This document shows, piece after piece, positions 9,179-18,371 of a stretch of 55,988 bases of DNA. The stretch spans positions 1-55,988 of IMG/VR virus record IMGVR_UViG_3300042323_000878. One strand, given 5' to 3'. The position numbers were made by a program, and so were the translations under genes. Within the stretch, counting starts at the first letter, position 1; every line of letters starts with the position of its first letter. This DNA comes from a virus (Duplodnaviria; Caudoviricetes). The notes below the pieces were generated by a model. That model was not told where the DNA came from, made no database searches, and saw only the letters and a program-made list of their open reading frames with translations.

Positions 9179-9232
9179 AACCACATGCTCCTTTCAGCAA
9201 TGCTCTGCTCACACAACGCGAGCAAACTTCTT

Positions 9233-9427
9233 TTACAGCGGATCGTCTTCGCGACGCTCCTCGCTCAAAATTTCTAACAGCGCGTTCACTGCACGCTCCA
9301 AGCCTGCCACGTACCCCGCGCGCACACCGAAGTCGAATTCGGTCTTGTTGCCGGGGTTCTTCAAGCTGTCGAGGGCGTACTTGGCTTGTTCAGCCTTGAT
9401 GCGCCCGATGAATGCTTCCTCGTTCAC
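9233..9427 (-). CDS. Small conserved head-module protein
   Basis: 64 aa, F.FG.R.GY..GLE.A pattern, in the usual position between portal and GroES. Confidence 0.65.
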   Translation of the reverse strand: MNEEAFIGRIKAEQAKYALDSLKNPGNKTEFDFGVRAGYVAGLERAVNALLEILSEERREDDPL

Positions 9428-9538
9428 TCAGCAAGGCGTCTTGGGGGTTTTGGACGGAGCCGGGACGGGCTTGCCGCCAGCGGCCATGCGCTTGCGCTGA
9501 GGGACGAGGGGTGAATTGGCGATTGGTACAGTTGCCAT
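9428..9538 (-). CDS. 36-aa basic peptide MATVPIANSPLVPQRKRMAAGGKPVPAPSKTPKTPC
   Basis: Not in the track. AGGAG SD upstream of ATG 9538; its stop abuts the next gene's GTG. Confidence 0.6.
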   Translation of the reverse strand: MATVPIANSPLVPQRKRMAAGGKPVPAPSKTPKTPC

Positions 9539-9585
9539 AAGATGCTCCTGAGTGGTTTGAAAATAAATGCAAAAGTGGTTCATGA

Positions 9586-12057
9586 TCAACCGGGATTGAT
9601 GCCGCCCCCAGTAGACACACCCACTCGTTCGCCGGTAGCGATCTCTGCAGACGCTATGTTGAGCGCGGTTTGATTGTCTTGGTAATTTATACGCTCACGA
9701 GACGCGAGCTCTGCGGCCAACCTGCGATCCTCTGACTGCTCGGCAAACTGGCTTTCCATCATGCTCACTTGCTGCGCTTTTTCCTGCAGCTGCAACTTGA
9801 GCTTGTCGAGCTCTGCGCGCTGAGCGGCCAGTTGCTGATCCATGCCCATCTTTTGCTGCGACAGTTGCAACTTGGCTTGTTCGGATTGTTGTCGCTGCGC
9901 CAAGGTCATCTGCGCAATCTGCATGCTGTTGTCGGGCGGCATCGGGGGTTGCGGCTTGAACTGCTGCGCGGCCTGATCGATTTGCGCGAGCATCTGGCTG
10001 AAGTTGCCAAGTTCTTGCTCGATCAATCGTTGCACATTGGCAACGATTTGCGCTTCCTCTTTTGCGTCGCCTGTGTCGGCTTTTTGCACGGCGCTGTGCG
10101 CTTCGGTCAGGTAGTAAGTCAACAAGTGGTCTCGCAAGTGCGTCGCGATGGGGTAGAGGTAAGTCTTGACGATGGCCGGGTTCTTGCCGAACACAGGACT
10201 GTCTAAAAAAGCCATGTGCAACTTCAAGTGCGCGAGGTGGTCTTGTCGCGGCAGCACGTAGACGGGGCGGCCCATGGCAGCCGCGACATTCTCGGACACC
10301 GGGTCCATGTCGTCTTCGCCGGGCTTGGGTTGCAGGATGTTGTCCGGCACCTTGAGCGTGCGCAAGAACATTTCTTCCACTTGCCGCGCGTCGTACAACT
10401 GAGGCACGAGCGCCGCACGCTGCATGATGGCCTGTGTTTGCGCAAAGCGCTGCGTCTCGCTGAAGATGGCAGGGTCGCTGACCGGGATTACGTCGATCGG
10501 GCCGTCAAAGTCTGCGGGCTTTATTTCCAAGTCACCAGCTTCCGCCTCGATGTCCTCCTCCGTGAGGTAGGCGCTGTTGATCCGGTGCAGCACCTTGAAC
10601 ACACGACTCATGGAATTGTGAATGCGCGAGTGGATGGAGCTGAAGACCACCATGCCCTGTTCGATGAGCGCGAGCGTGGTGCCGACGGGTTGGTCGCCGC
10701 GCTGGTCGGCCATCTTCTCGAAGGTTGTTTGCACGACCCCTTTGCCTGCGTCGACCAAGAACCCAAGCAACTGGAACAGCGTTGCGTTGGGCCCGGGAAA
10801 TGGCATCGGCATAATCAACTTGCGGATGTCGTCGACCACACCAGAACCTTCAATTTCCACGACCTCGGTCGGCTGGATGTTGAGCGTCTGACCGTTGGGG
10901 CCACCTTTGAGCTTCAAGGCGGTCGGCACGTTCTGGATGTGTGCTGAATCTAGCAGCGCCCGCAACGCGCCTGTGGCAGCGCCTGAGAGCCCACCAATGA
11001 GGTGAGTCAATCCGATAGGATACGCGCCGCGCCAAGGAATGAACGGGAACTCCACAATCCACTCCAACTCGGTGCGACTCTCATCTTCCTCGTCCCAGTT
11101 GCGATACAAGGCGAGCGCCTTCTCAGAACTCTTGTCGATGGTGATTATGTAGGGGCAGAACTCGCCTTCATTCTCAATGTCCAAGTGCGTCGAGACCTCG
11201 AACACCGTGCGCAGGCCGTCCTCGTTGTAATGCGTCGCCTCTCGACCCTCGATCTTGTCGTTGGCTTTGGACGCGAGGCTGAAGTCTGGCAGCTCGGGAG
11301 AGGGCAACTCTGCGTCTCGGTAAACGCCCGACTTGCATCGCTCGCCGTAGGTGGATTCTGTGATGTACTGGACGTGTGTGCGCCGCTCTGCCGTGTAGAA
11401 GTTGGTCGCGGCGAACGGCAAGTAGATGTCGTCGATGGGGATGAACTCGGCCATGGGGCGGCGGCGCTTTGCGTTCCAGCACATTTTCATGTACTGCGCG
11501 CCACCGAGCGGCAACTGCGTGCTGAGCTGCTCCAACTCTGAGCGGAACTCCTGCATCTGCTCCGTCATCTGCCAATTCATGAACTCTGCTTTGCGTCGAC
11601 CTTTGTCGACCTTCTCTTTTTCCTGCTTGCCTAGGATCTTGCTCTTCACCGGGCCGTTGGCCGGGAAAATCTCCTTCATCACTCGCGCAGAAAAGTCGAC
11701 GCATGCCTCGACAAGGAGCGGATGGACGACACGGTTGGCGCCTGTGAACTGAGCCCCTCCGGGCGCATCGTCACCCAAGCCGGTGCGTCGCAAACCGTCT
11801 TCATACAACTTGTCGCGCTTTTCTCGGGCTTTTTTGTCGCGCTCAATTTTCTCGATCAGCTCGGAAACTGCGGTCGTCAGAGCCTTTTGGTCTACGTCGT
11901 CAACGATATTGGCAAAGTGCTTTTGTTGCTGCGCGTTGTCGCGCTCTTCGTCGAGGACGATGGTGGCAGAGCCGTCATCATTTTCGATGACGGATTGCTT
12001 TGTTTCCTCCAACTCAACGGTCTCGCCACTGAGCTTGGTGTCTAGGGATTCAGCCAC
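9586..12057 (-). CDS. Portal protein
   Basis: 823 aa. HPLLVEACVDF..R, LPLGG..Y.K, GAYPIGLTHLIGG and PVGTTLALIEQG motifs, Gln-rich coiled-coil C-terminus, downstream of terminase. Confidence 0.85.
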   Translation of the reverse strand: MAESLDTKLSGETVELEETKQSVIENDDGSATIVLDEERDNAQQQKHFANIVDDVDQKALTTAVSELIEKIERDKKAREKRDKLYEDGLRRTGLGDDAPGGAQFTGANRVVHPLLVEACVDFSARVMKEIFPANGPVKSKILGKQEKEKVDKGRRKAEFMNWQMTEQMQEFRSELEQLSTQLPLGGAQYMKMCWNAKRRRPMAEFIPIDDIYLPFAATNFYTAERRTHVQYITESTYGERCKSGVYRDAELPSPELPDFSLASKANDKIEGREATHYNEDGLRTVFEVSTHLDIENEGEFCPYIITIDKSSEKALALYRNWDEEDESRTELEWIVEFPFIPWRGAYPIGLTHLIGGLSGAATGALRALLDSAHIQNVPTALKLKGGPNGQTLNIQPTEVVEIEGSGVVDDIRKLIMPMPFPGPNATLFQLLGFLVDAGKGVVQTTFEKMADQRGDQPVGTTLALIEQGMVVFSSIHSRIHNSMSRVFKVLHRINSAYLTEEDIEAEAGDLEIKPADFDGPIDVIPVSDPAIFSETQRFAQTQAIMQRAALVPQLYDARQVEEMFLRTLKVPDNILQPKPGEDDMDPVSENVAAAMGRPVYVLPRQDHLAHLKLHMAFLDSPVFGKNPAIVKTYLYPIATHLRDHLLTYYLTEAHSAVQKADTGDAKEEAQIVANVQRLIEQELGNFSQMLAQIDQAAQQFKPQPPMPPDNSMQIAQMTLAQRQQSEQAKLQLSQQKMGMDQQLAAQRAELDKLKLQLQEKAQQVSMMESQFAEQSEDRRLAAELASRERINYQDNQTALNIASAEIATGERVGVSTGGGINPG

Positions 12058-12210
12058 TCAGCAAGGGGTGCGAGAGTTCTTGGCGACTGCGCCGCCCTTG
12101 GCGTAGGCGTCCATTTTCTTGGCAGGTGCTGCGGATTTGCGCTTCATCTCGGGAGGGGCTTTGGCAGATTTGCTGTCTTGCATGAGCTTTTCGAACTTTT
12201 TGATGGCCAT
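12058..12210 (-). CDS. 50-aa Lys-rich peptide MAIKKFEKLMQ...MDAYAKGGAVAKNSRTPC
   Basis: Not in the track. AGGAG SD and upstream promoter; its stop abuts the portal GTG. Confidence 0.65.
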   Translation of the reverse strand: MAIKKFEKLMQDSKSAKAPPEMKRKSAAPAKKMDAYAKGGAVAKNSRTPC

Positions 12211-12238
12211 GGTGCGTGCTCCTGAATAAAGTGAGGGA

Positions 12239-12267
12239 ATTATAACTGAAAACCCGATTTATGCAAA
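12239..12267 (-). promoter_or_regulatory. Sigma70-like promoter (copy 3 of 4)
   Basis: TTTGCataaatcgggttttcagtTATAAT on the minus strand. Confidence 0.7.
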
Positions 12268-14340
12268 TTCTTTGCGCAAATTGGCCACTATTGCGTCGAT
12301 TTCTGACTCGTCGTAGTCGTTGGCTTGGACCAAGCCACCTGCTGCGTAGCCTTCTGGCGGCGCGAATGGTTCTGGCGGCGTGAACCGCTCTCCCGGTAGA
12401 GACTCAAGATAGTTGTCTAGTTCTGACTTAGGCACAAAACGGCCACCGAGCGCTTCCATGCGCTTGGGGAACCGCTGCAAATCCACCAACCCCGCATTCC
12501 CCAAGTCCCCCACATCTGACCACTGGCCTGAGCGCACAAAATCCTGCACAAAGGGCAGGTATTCCTCTTTCGGTGCGAGGTTGGCTTTGCCCTTGATTTG
12601 GGCGATGCGGTCGCCAATTTGCCGATCGGACAAAGACTTCTGCACCAAGACCTCAAACTCCTCGCGAGAGCCGTCAAAATCAGCCAACTGATCTCGAACG
12701 GAGTCTGGCAAATCAGCTTCTGTTAATTTCCTGCCCGGCAGCACCTCCACCGTCACATGTGGCTGACCTTTTGCGTCGCGCAAGGAGTAGATGCGGGAGC
12801 GACCTTCCATGACGTCTGGGCAATAGCCGCCGACGCAATGGCCCATGGTTTCGCCTTCGTACTTGAGGGCGTCTTCGAGGGCGGCTTCGTCGAGTGTGTC
12901 GTGAAGATGCGTGACAGCGTCTTTTTCAGACTTCAGGCCGGTGGTGATGTATTTGCCGGTTTCTTTGTCCATGATGGCGAACGTCTCTGCACTGGGCGTC
13001 GGTCGCACAATGGAGTATCGCTGCGGCACCTGCCAAGCGTCCCAGCCCCCTTCCGGCTCATTGCGCACTTTCAACTCCACCCAGCGCAGCCCCTTGTCGT
13101 TGGGGGTGTTGAGCCCAGGAATGGTCGCGTACTCTTTGTGCACGACAGACGCTGCGTTGTTGGCGCGCATCATGTCCGCCTCAGCCTTCTGCGCCGCGCG
13201 CCACTCGTTGATCTTTGCAACTCGCTCGACCGCCTGCGGCACAGTGACCTTGGGCAAGGATTCGTACTTCAGCAACAGCTCAGGCGGCAATCCAGACGCA
13301 GGGTTGGTGGCGTTGCGGAGTTCGTCGATGAGGTGGTTGAAGCCGAGGCGATTGGCAGAACGTCCTTCGAGGTCATCAAAAATAGAATGAACGATCGTCT
13401 CTGGCGGCACCTTGGCCAGCCACGGATTGCGAGAAACGGTTGTTGTGCCGTCTTCGCCTGTTGTAGCCATAAACCTGCGTGCGACATCGTTGTTGACAAT
13501 AAAATCCGACATGTTTTCCCAACCGCGTGCTTGCTCTGATGACGCCAAACCTTGAGCCGGGAATCCTGCATCGACGCGGTCTATCGTCAAAACTCGACGG
13601 CCAGTGCGCGCCTCGTCTCCAAAATCTTGATGCAACATCCCTCTCTCAGCGAGCGCGCGCACAGGATCTTCGGGCGTCGCCATTTCGTTCTTGATGTACT
13701 TGGCGAGGGTTTTGTCGATCCAGTTGTTGAGGGCGCTGTCGACAGGAGGCAACGGGGGCGCTTGAATAAAGTCGCGAGCTTCTTGCGTCGTCAATCCCGG
13801 ACGCGCGTTCATCAGTTGGCGCACGGCTTCTGCCTCTGGATCTCGACGCAACCCCCGCAACGAATCTTCCAACGACCCGGCGAGCCAGTTACCGCCCTTG
13901 TTCTTTACGACGTTGGAGGACGGCGCACCTGCAGCACGGACAAACTCGCGCGCACCGTGAGCGATTGCACCGGGTGCTTGCACCAGCGCACGCAACGGCG
14001 AACCTGGCCCGAAGTAATTGCCGCCGACCAACTTGGCCCCTTCTGTGACGGCCTTGCCCGCAGGAGTGGTGCTCACCGAGCGCAACGGCAGCATCGCCTC
14101 CATCGAGTCGCTCGTGGGGAAGAAAGGTGCGTCGTATTGGAACCCTTTGTCGCGGAGCCAGTTGACCGCTGATCCTCCGAACGACTCGATGTCGCCCGGT
14201 GCGCCCAAAGCCCCTGCGAGCAACCCTCGGATTGTCGCGACAGGCAAGTCCTTGGCCGCCTCGCGGTCGTTGTTGCGCTCCGGGCGGCGACCAGCAGAGC
14301 GATAGCCGATGTAGGGTTTGTTTTCGTCAGCCACAATCAC
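12259..14340 (-). CDS. Large protein with a PcfJ-like domain; putative virion-packaged accessory protein
   Basis: L..EG..MGHCVGGY...G...IYSLRD..G.PHVTVEV and AQIKGKAN are PcfJ-like motifs. YAAGGLV near the C-terminus. Confidence 0.65.
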   Translation of the reverse strand: MIVADENKPYIGYRSAGRRPERNNDREAAKDLPVATIRGLLAGALGAPGDIESFGGSAVNWLRDKGFQYDAPFFPTSDSMEAMLPLRSVSTTPAGKAVTEGAKLVGGNYFGPGSPLRALVQAPGAIAHGAREFVRAAGAPSSNVVKNKGGNWLAGSLEDSLRGLRRDPEAEAVRQLMNARPGLTTQEARDFIQAPPLPPVDSALNNWIDKTLAKYIKNEMATPEDPVRALAERGMLHQDFGDEARTGRRVLTIDRVDAGFPAQGLASSEQARGWENMSDFIVNNDVARRFMATTGEDGTTTVSRNPWLAKVPPETIVHSIFDDLEGRSANRLGFNHLIDELRNATNPASGLPPELLLKYESLPKVTVPQAVERVAKINEWRAAQKAEADMMRANNAASVVHKEYATIPGLNTPNDKGLRWVELKVRNEPEGGWDAWQVPQRYSIVRPTPSAETFAIMDKETGKYITTGLKSEKDAVTHLHDTLDEAALEDALKYEGETMGHCVGGYCPDVMEGRSRIYSLRDAKGQPHVTVEVLPGRKLTEADLPDSVRDQLADFDGSREEFEVLVQKSLSDRQIGDRIAQIKGKANLAPKEEYLPFVQDFVRSGQWSDVGDLGNAGLVDLQRFPKRMEALGGRFVPKSELDNYLESLPGERFTPPEPFAPPEGYAAGGLVQANDYDESEIDAIVANLRKEFA

Positions 14341-15586
14341 ACTCCTTCGCTTGAGCGAGTCCGCCGTGTTTGAATCCGACTTTGAATGGCAACAGCTCTA
14401 GGCGGCGGAACTCTTGGTTGCCTTTCAGCGGCCCATATTCGATCGTCTGGTTGCGCATGTATTCTGGCAGCAACCCTTCGCGAGCTTGCAGGTCATAAAA
14501 CTCACCCATAGTCTTCAAGTCCATTGCTTTTGCCTTGTCGTATACGCTGTCCGTCGGACGCGGCACGTACTCGATGCCGAGTTTCTTGACTGCTTTTTCT
14601 GTCGACAAAGATGGCTCGTAATTCAAATCATAAATCCGTCGCACGTGCTCTGGCGTCACGTCTCCATGAATCTGCGCTTCAACGTAGTCCATCGGGTCTC
14701 TGAGGCCCAACTTGTTTTTCAAGGACACAATGTCTTCAAGCGAATACAACTCAGACCGCATCATCGGTGAACCTTCCAGCTCTGTGAGCACACGGGGCAC
14801 TTGCCTAGCGAACCGAGGCGTGCCGCTGCCGTCTTGCAAAGGCTTCAGCCCGTATCGCTCCATGAGCTGAGCGAACTTGCTCGGCAAGCCTTGTTCGTTC
14901 AGCACCTTGGACAAATCGTGCTCGTCTCGACCGTACAGCATGCCCGCCTTTTGCAACCCCAACTTTTCTATCGCGTCTTTGCGGGCTTGGCTGTAGTGCT
15001 TGGCCAATTCATAAAGCATCGACCCCTCAGCCACCGAGTCGTGATAAGGATTGCCCCCTCGCAACACCTCGTCTGCTGTGGCAAAGTTGCCTTTTGTCCT
15101 GTCGAGAGAATCATCGAACGTGATCGTTGTGCGCGCTCGGTGCTCAGGGTGCAACTCTAGTGCGTACTGGCCGTATTGCGGGATGGTGCTTTGGGGAGCG
15201 AGATAGCCTGAGCCTCGGTCAGGGTAGCGCGGGGAGAAGTAATTCTTGGTCGTGGCGAACGGATCCTCTGTCAAGTACCCGTAAGTTTGCCCCTTGTCTG
15301 CGAACATCTCTGGCTCAGCAGCGCTGCGAGCTTCGATCGAGCGTTTTGCACCAGAAGAAGCGCCTGTGCGCTTGGATTCGTGCACGCTCTTGAGTCGCCC
15401 CTCCTTCAGGTCTGTGAGCGATTTGCGACGAACGAGCACTTGTGCTTCGTTGATTGCGCGCAACTCTTCTGGGTTCAATGTGCGCGTGACCAACTCTCCC
15501 GTAGGCGAGCGCGTGGAGGCTTGCAACAGTGCGGCGAGCCTTTGTTCTGCGGCTTGGGCCTTGGCAATCAGATTAAGGATGCTCAT
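14327..15586 (-). CDS. DUF3626-like protein (possible ADP-ribosyltransferase fold)
   Basis: YGYL...QYG...LEL....R.RTTITFDDS and YVEAQIHG.V motifs. C-terminal FKHGGLA. Confidence 0.55.
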   Translation of the reverse strand: MSILNLIAKAQAAEQRLAALLQASTRSPTGELVTRTLNPEELRAINEAQVLVRRKSLTDLKEGRLKSVHESKRTGASSGAKRSIEARSAAEPEMFADKGQTYGYLTEDPFATTKNYFSPRYPDRGSGYLAPQSTIPQYGQYALELHPEHRARTTITFDDSLDRTKGNFATADEVLRGGNPYHDSVAEGSMLYELAKHYSQARKDAIEKLGLQKAGMLYGRDEHDLSKVLNEQGLPSKFAQLMERYGLKPLQDGSGTPRFARQVPRVLTELEGSPMMRSELYSLEDIVSLKNKLGLRDPMDYVEAQIHGDVTPEHVRRIYDLNYEPSLSTEKAVKKLGIEYVPRPTDSVYDKAKAMDLKTMGEFYDLQAREGLLPEYMRNQTIEYGPLKGNQEFRRLELLPFKVGFKHGGLAQAKECDCG

Positions 15587-17163
15587 GCTGCATACGGGTT
15601 GGCATATTGATGCTTGGGCTTGCGGCGATGTTCGACAACATCCTCAGCCACTTGCAGCTCAAACCAGTGCTCGTTCTTGAGGTAGATGATGGCCTGGCTG
15701 AACGTGTCGACGTAGTCATCATGCTCAGCAACAGGGAACTTGGCGAGTTGCTTCAAGAACGGTTGCGCCCAGCTCACGAACTGTCCAGGGTTTTTTGTCG
15801 ACTCTGGTATCCATAGCACATCCATTTCCAAGGTAGGTGCGGCTTGGTGGGCACGAGCAACTTTGTCCGCGTTTCCTGGATTGTAACCTATGACCGGAAC
15901 CCGTGCCAACCTTAAGTCTTGGATCAGTGACTGACCACTCGCTTTGGCTTCCACAAGGATACGATCAGGCCTTCTTGGCTTAGTGGGTTGGCCTTTGTGT
16001 GCACCCTTAGACCCGCCATACTCTGCCGTCCAGTCATCTACCGCCTTCTTGCGCAAATCAGGGTAACCGAGATGATCATCCCAAGCGTCCAGCAACATCG
16101 CATTGCGCACCCCTTTGCGAGTAAACATACCCCAAACAGTACACGCGGTTGGATCGCCTGATGACTTCTCAGTGAACGCACAATCGTAAGACTGCAACAC
16201 GAACTCCAGTTGTGGCATTGGGTCTGCCGCTGGCCAGCGTTGGAAATGTTTTACACGCAGCAAAGTGGCTTCAGTTGGCACAGGATTTTGTTGCAACTGG
16301 CCTGCAGAGCCGTACTCACCAAGCAACTGCTTAAGGTCAGTCAACTCTTTGGGTCCAAAGCGCTCAGGGCAGATGAGTTCGTCTTTAACTTTGCGTGGAT
16401 CGTATGGGCCAAGCGAGGTCTTGCGATGCTCACCGTCCCACTCAGCAGGGATGCAGATGTGTTCCCAACCGCCAAGGTCTTCAAGGATGTGACCAGAGAC
16501 GTCCTTTTCATGCAGTCGCTGCATGACCACAACCATTGCGTCGGCCTTCGGGTTGTTGAGTCGTGTGCTCCAAACCACATCAAACCATTCTAGAGTTGAT
16601 GTGCGTAAAGCATCAGACTGGGCTTCCTGAGCTGAGTGTGGGTCGTCAAGCAGCAGCCTTGACCCACCTTCGCCTGTTGCTGTACCACCCACAGAAGTTG
16701 CCATTCGGTATCCGGTCTTGTCATTCTCAAACCTGCTTTTTTGGTTTTGATCGCCGGACAGAGCAAACATTGAACCCCAACGCTCTTGGTACCAAGGGGA
16801 TTGGATCAGCCGCCGTGTCTTCAGGTTGTCACGGATTGATAGGTTGCCGGCGTACGACGAGCAAAGATACTTCTGTTGAGGGTCTGTAAGCCACTCCCAT
16901 GCAGGGAACATAACGGAAACGATCGTGGACTTGGAGTGGCGAGGAGGAATGTTGATCAACAAGCGGCGCAGTTCGCCGCTCGCTATGGCTTCAAGGTGCT
17001 CACAAATGACTTCGATATGCCAGGACGGAATAAACGGGATTCCAGGCTCAACAACGTGCCAACTCTGCTTTACAAACTCATAGAGGTTTGACTCAGCTCT
17101 GCGTTTATCACGCTCAAAGCGGATAAGCTCGAGCATGGCGGCAGGGCTAAGACTGCCTCCCAT
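15583..17163 (-). CDS. terL: Terminase large subunit
   Basis: INIPPRHSKS Walker A, LLLDDPH Walker B, QSYDCAF, VEAKASG and HDDYVD nuclease motifs. Confidence 0.95.
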   Translation of the reverse strand: MGGSLSPAAMLELIRFERDKRRAESNLYEFVKQSWHVVEPGIPFIPSWHIEVICEHLEAIASGELRRLLINIPPRHSKSTIVSVMFPAWEWLTDPQQKYLCSSYAGNLSIRDNLKTRRLIQSPWYQERWGSMFALSGDQNQKSRFENDKTGYRMATSVGGTATGEGGSRLLLDDPHSAQEAQSDALRTSTLEWFDVVWSTRLNNPKADAMVVVMQRLHEKDVSGHILEDLGGWEHICIPAEWDGEHRKTSLGPYDPRKVKDELICPERFGPKELTDLKQLLGEYGSAGQLQQNPVPTEATLLRVKHFQRWPAADPMPQLEFVLQSYDCAFTEKSSGDPTACTVWGMFTRKGVRNAMLLDAWDDHLGYPDLRKKAVDDWTAEYGGSKGAHKGQPTKPRRPDRILVEAKASGQSLIQDLRLARVPVIGYNPGNADKVARAHQAAPTLEMDVLWIPESTKNPGQFVSWAQPFLKQLAKFPVAEHDDYVDTFSQAIIYLKNEHWFELQVAEDVVEHRRKPKHQYANPYAA

Positions 17164-17643
17164 TTAAGCTTGTCCTGCAGCTTTCACCATCAACTTTTCC
17201 ATCGCAGCAAGTTCTGCGTCATTCAACCCTTTAAGGTCGATGTTTCTCGTCTGTATCGCACCGCCATTGAGCCCGGTCAATTCACTGCGTGCCAACTTAG
17301 GCACGTGGTACTCGACAACGGATTGAAACAAGTTAAATGCACGCTCAGGGTTTGGCCTGACCAAGTAGACAGGATTGCCTTCAGAATCGTACACCGGCTT
17401 ACCGTCTTTGTCGAGCAACACTTCGCCGTTAGCAACCTTGTCTAGCCAACCTTCAAGGCGGTGTGCGTTGCCATCCACGAACTCAGCAATCGCTGCTTTG
17501 GCGGTCAAAGTAATTTTGTTCTGTGTACCAACGGCACGACCAGAACCTTTTGGCTTTGTCGAACCCGGCTTTGCACCGCCGCCATTATTCGACCCAGGCT
17601 TTGCCCCGCCCTTGTTCACCGGAGCAGGCGTTCTTAGCTGCAT
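17164..17643 (-). CDS. terS: Putative terminase small subunit
   Basis: Directly upstream of terL. GR..G..NK.T and EYHVPKL.R.ELTG..GG.I motifs. Confidence 0.7.
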   Translation of the reverse strand: MQLRTPAPVNKGGAKPGSNNGGGAKPGSTKPKGSGRAVGTQNKITLTAKAAIAEFVDGNAHRLEGWLDKVANGEVLLDKDGKPVYDSEGNPVYLVRPNPERAFNLFQSVVEYHVPKLARSELTGLNGGAIQTRNIDLKGLNDAELAAMEKLMVKAAGQA

Positions 17644-17686
17644 AAATCAACTCCTTCAGTCAGATTGTCCTTAACAGATTCTACAC

Positions 17687-18160
17687 CTATTTTTTATTTG
17701 ACAACATCTCTATCTGCAGTGGTTTGCTCTTGCCAAAAGGATCCAGGAAGCGCGTTAACCAATTAGGGATGTGATCACCATAGACATACCCCAACAACTC
17801 CTTGTAAGCCTCATCTGCCCCTTCACAAACGGTGACTTTGTAACCTTTTTGCCTCAACTTCACAATCAACGCGTCTTGCTCTTGGCTTGTTTTGCCCCCG
17901 ATCCGTTTCATCTCGATAAACAACCCGCAATATGGCGGTCTTGGCTCGGCAAGGAATAAATCCGGTGCTCCTGACAAAACTCCTTCTCTTTTCATCTGTG
18001 CCGCTACTCGAAGATCTCTTTTGCCTCCGTTTGGGATGGACATAAAAACCAGGTCAGGATGAAAGTTGCGCACCCTGGCCACAAGCGTAGTTTGCTCGCT
18101 AGATTCCGATTTTGGCTTGGCTTTAACCGGTCCAGGTTTGACTACTTTTGGCTTGATCAT
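17687..18160 (-). CDS. VRR-NUC domain nuclease
   Basis: SIPNGG.R...GV..G.PDL...GLFIEMK...Q. Confidence 0.85.
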   Translation of the reverse strand: MIKPKVVKPGPVKAKPKSESSEQTTLVARVRNFHPDLVFMSIPNGGKRDLRVAAQMKREGVLSGAPDLFLAEPRPPYCGLFIEMKRIGGKTSQEQDALIVKLRQKGYKVTVCEGADEAYKELLGYVYGDHIPNWLTRFLDPFGKSKPLQIEMLSNKK

Positions 18161-18163
18161 TTT

Positions 18164-18367
18164 GGTTCGCGGTTCGGGTTCGAGTTTACTTCCAGTCCGT
18201 TCCCGGTATTTAAGCGCATATCATTATTTTTGTATTTCATATATTACCTGCCGGCAGCCAACTTTATAGTATTATCTCGAACCTCGAACCTTTTAGATAT
18301 AAATATCATATAAATCAATAACTTAAATAGGTTCGTGTTTAGGTTCGGGTTTAGGTTCGGGTTCGAA
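18164..18367. repeat. GGTTCG iteron cluster with AT-rich core and IHF-like site; candidate replication origin
   Basis: GGTTCG at 18164, 18171, 18177, 18330, 18342, 18354 and 18360; inverted CGAACC at 18278 and 18285; AATCAATAACTTA at 18313-18325. Confidence 0.6.
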
Positions 18368-18371
18368 TAAA

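Noticed and set aside
12055-12066. TGC-TGA as a Cys-selenocysteine motif
   Set aside because: No redox-protein context and no evident SECIS. Plain coupling or readthrough is more likely.
495-17674. Long plus-strand ORFs opposite the structural genes (e.g. 5468-6619, 8165-9169, 4164-5105)
   Set aside because: Antisense shadow frames of GC-rich genes, with no motifs or SDs, overlapping well-supported minus-strand genes.
17678-17704. Fifth late promoter upstream of terS (TTGTCA-N15-TAGAAT)
   Set aside because: Spacing and sequence deviate from the four concordant copies. Possible but unsupported.
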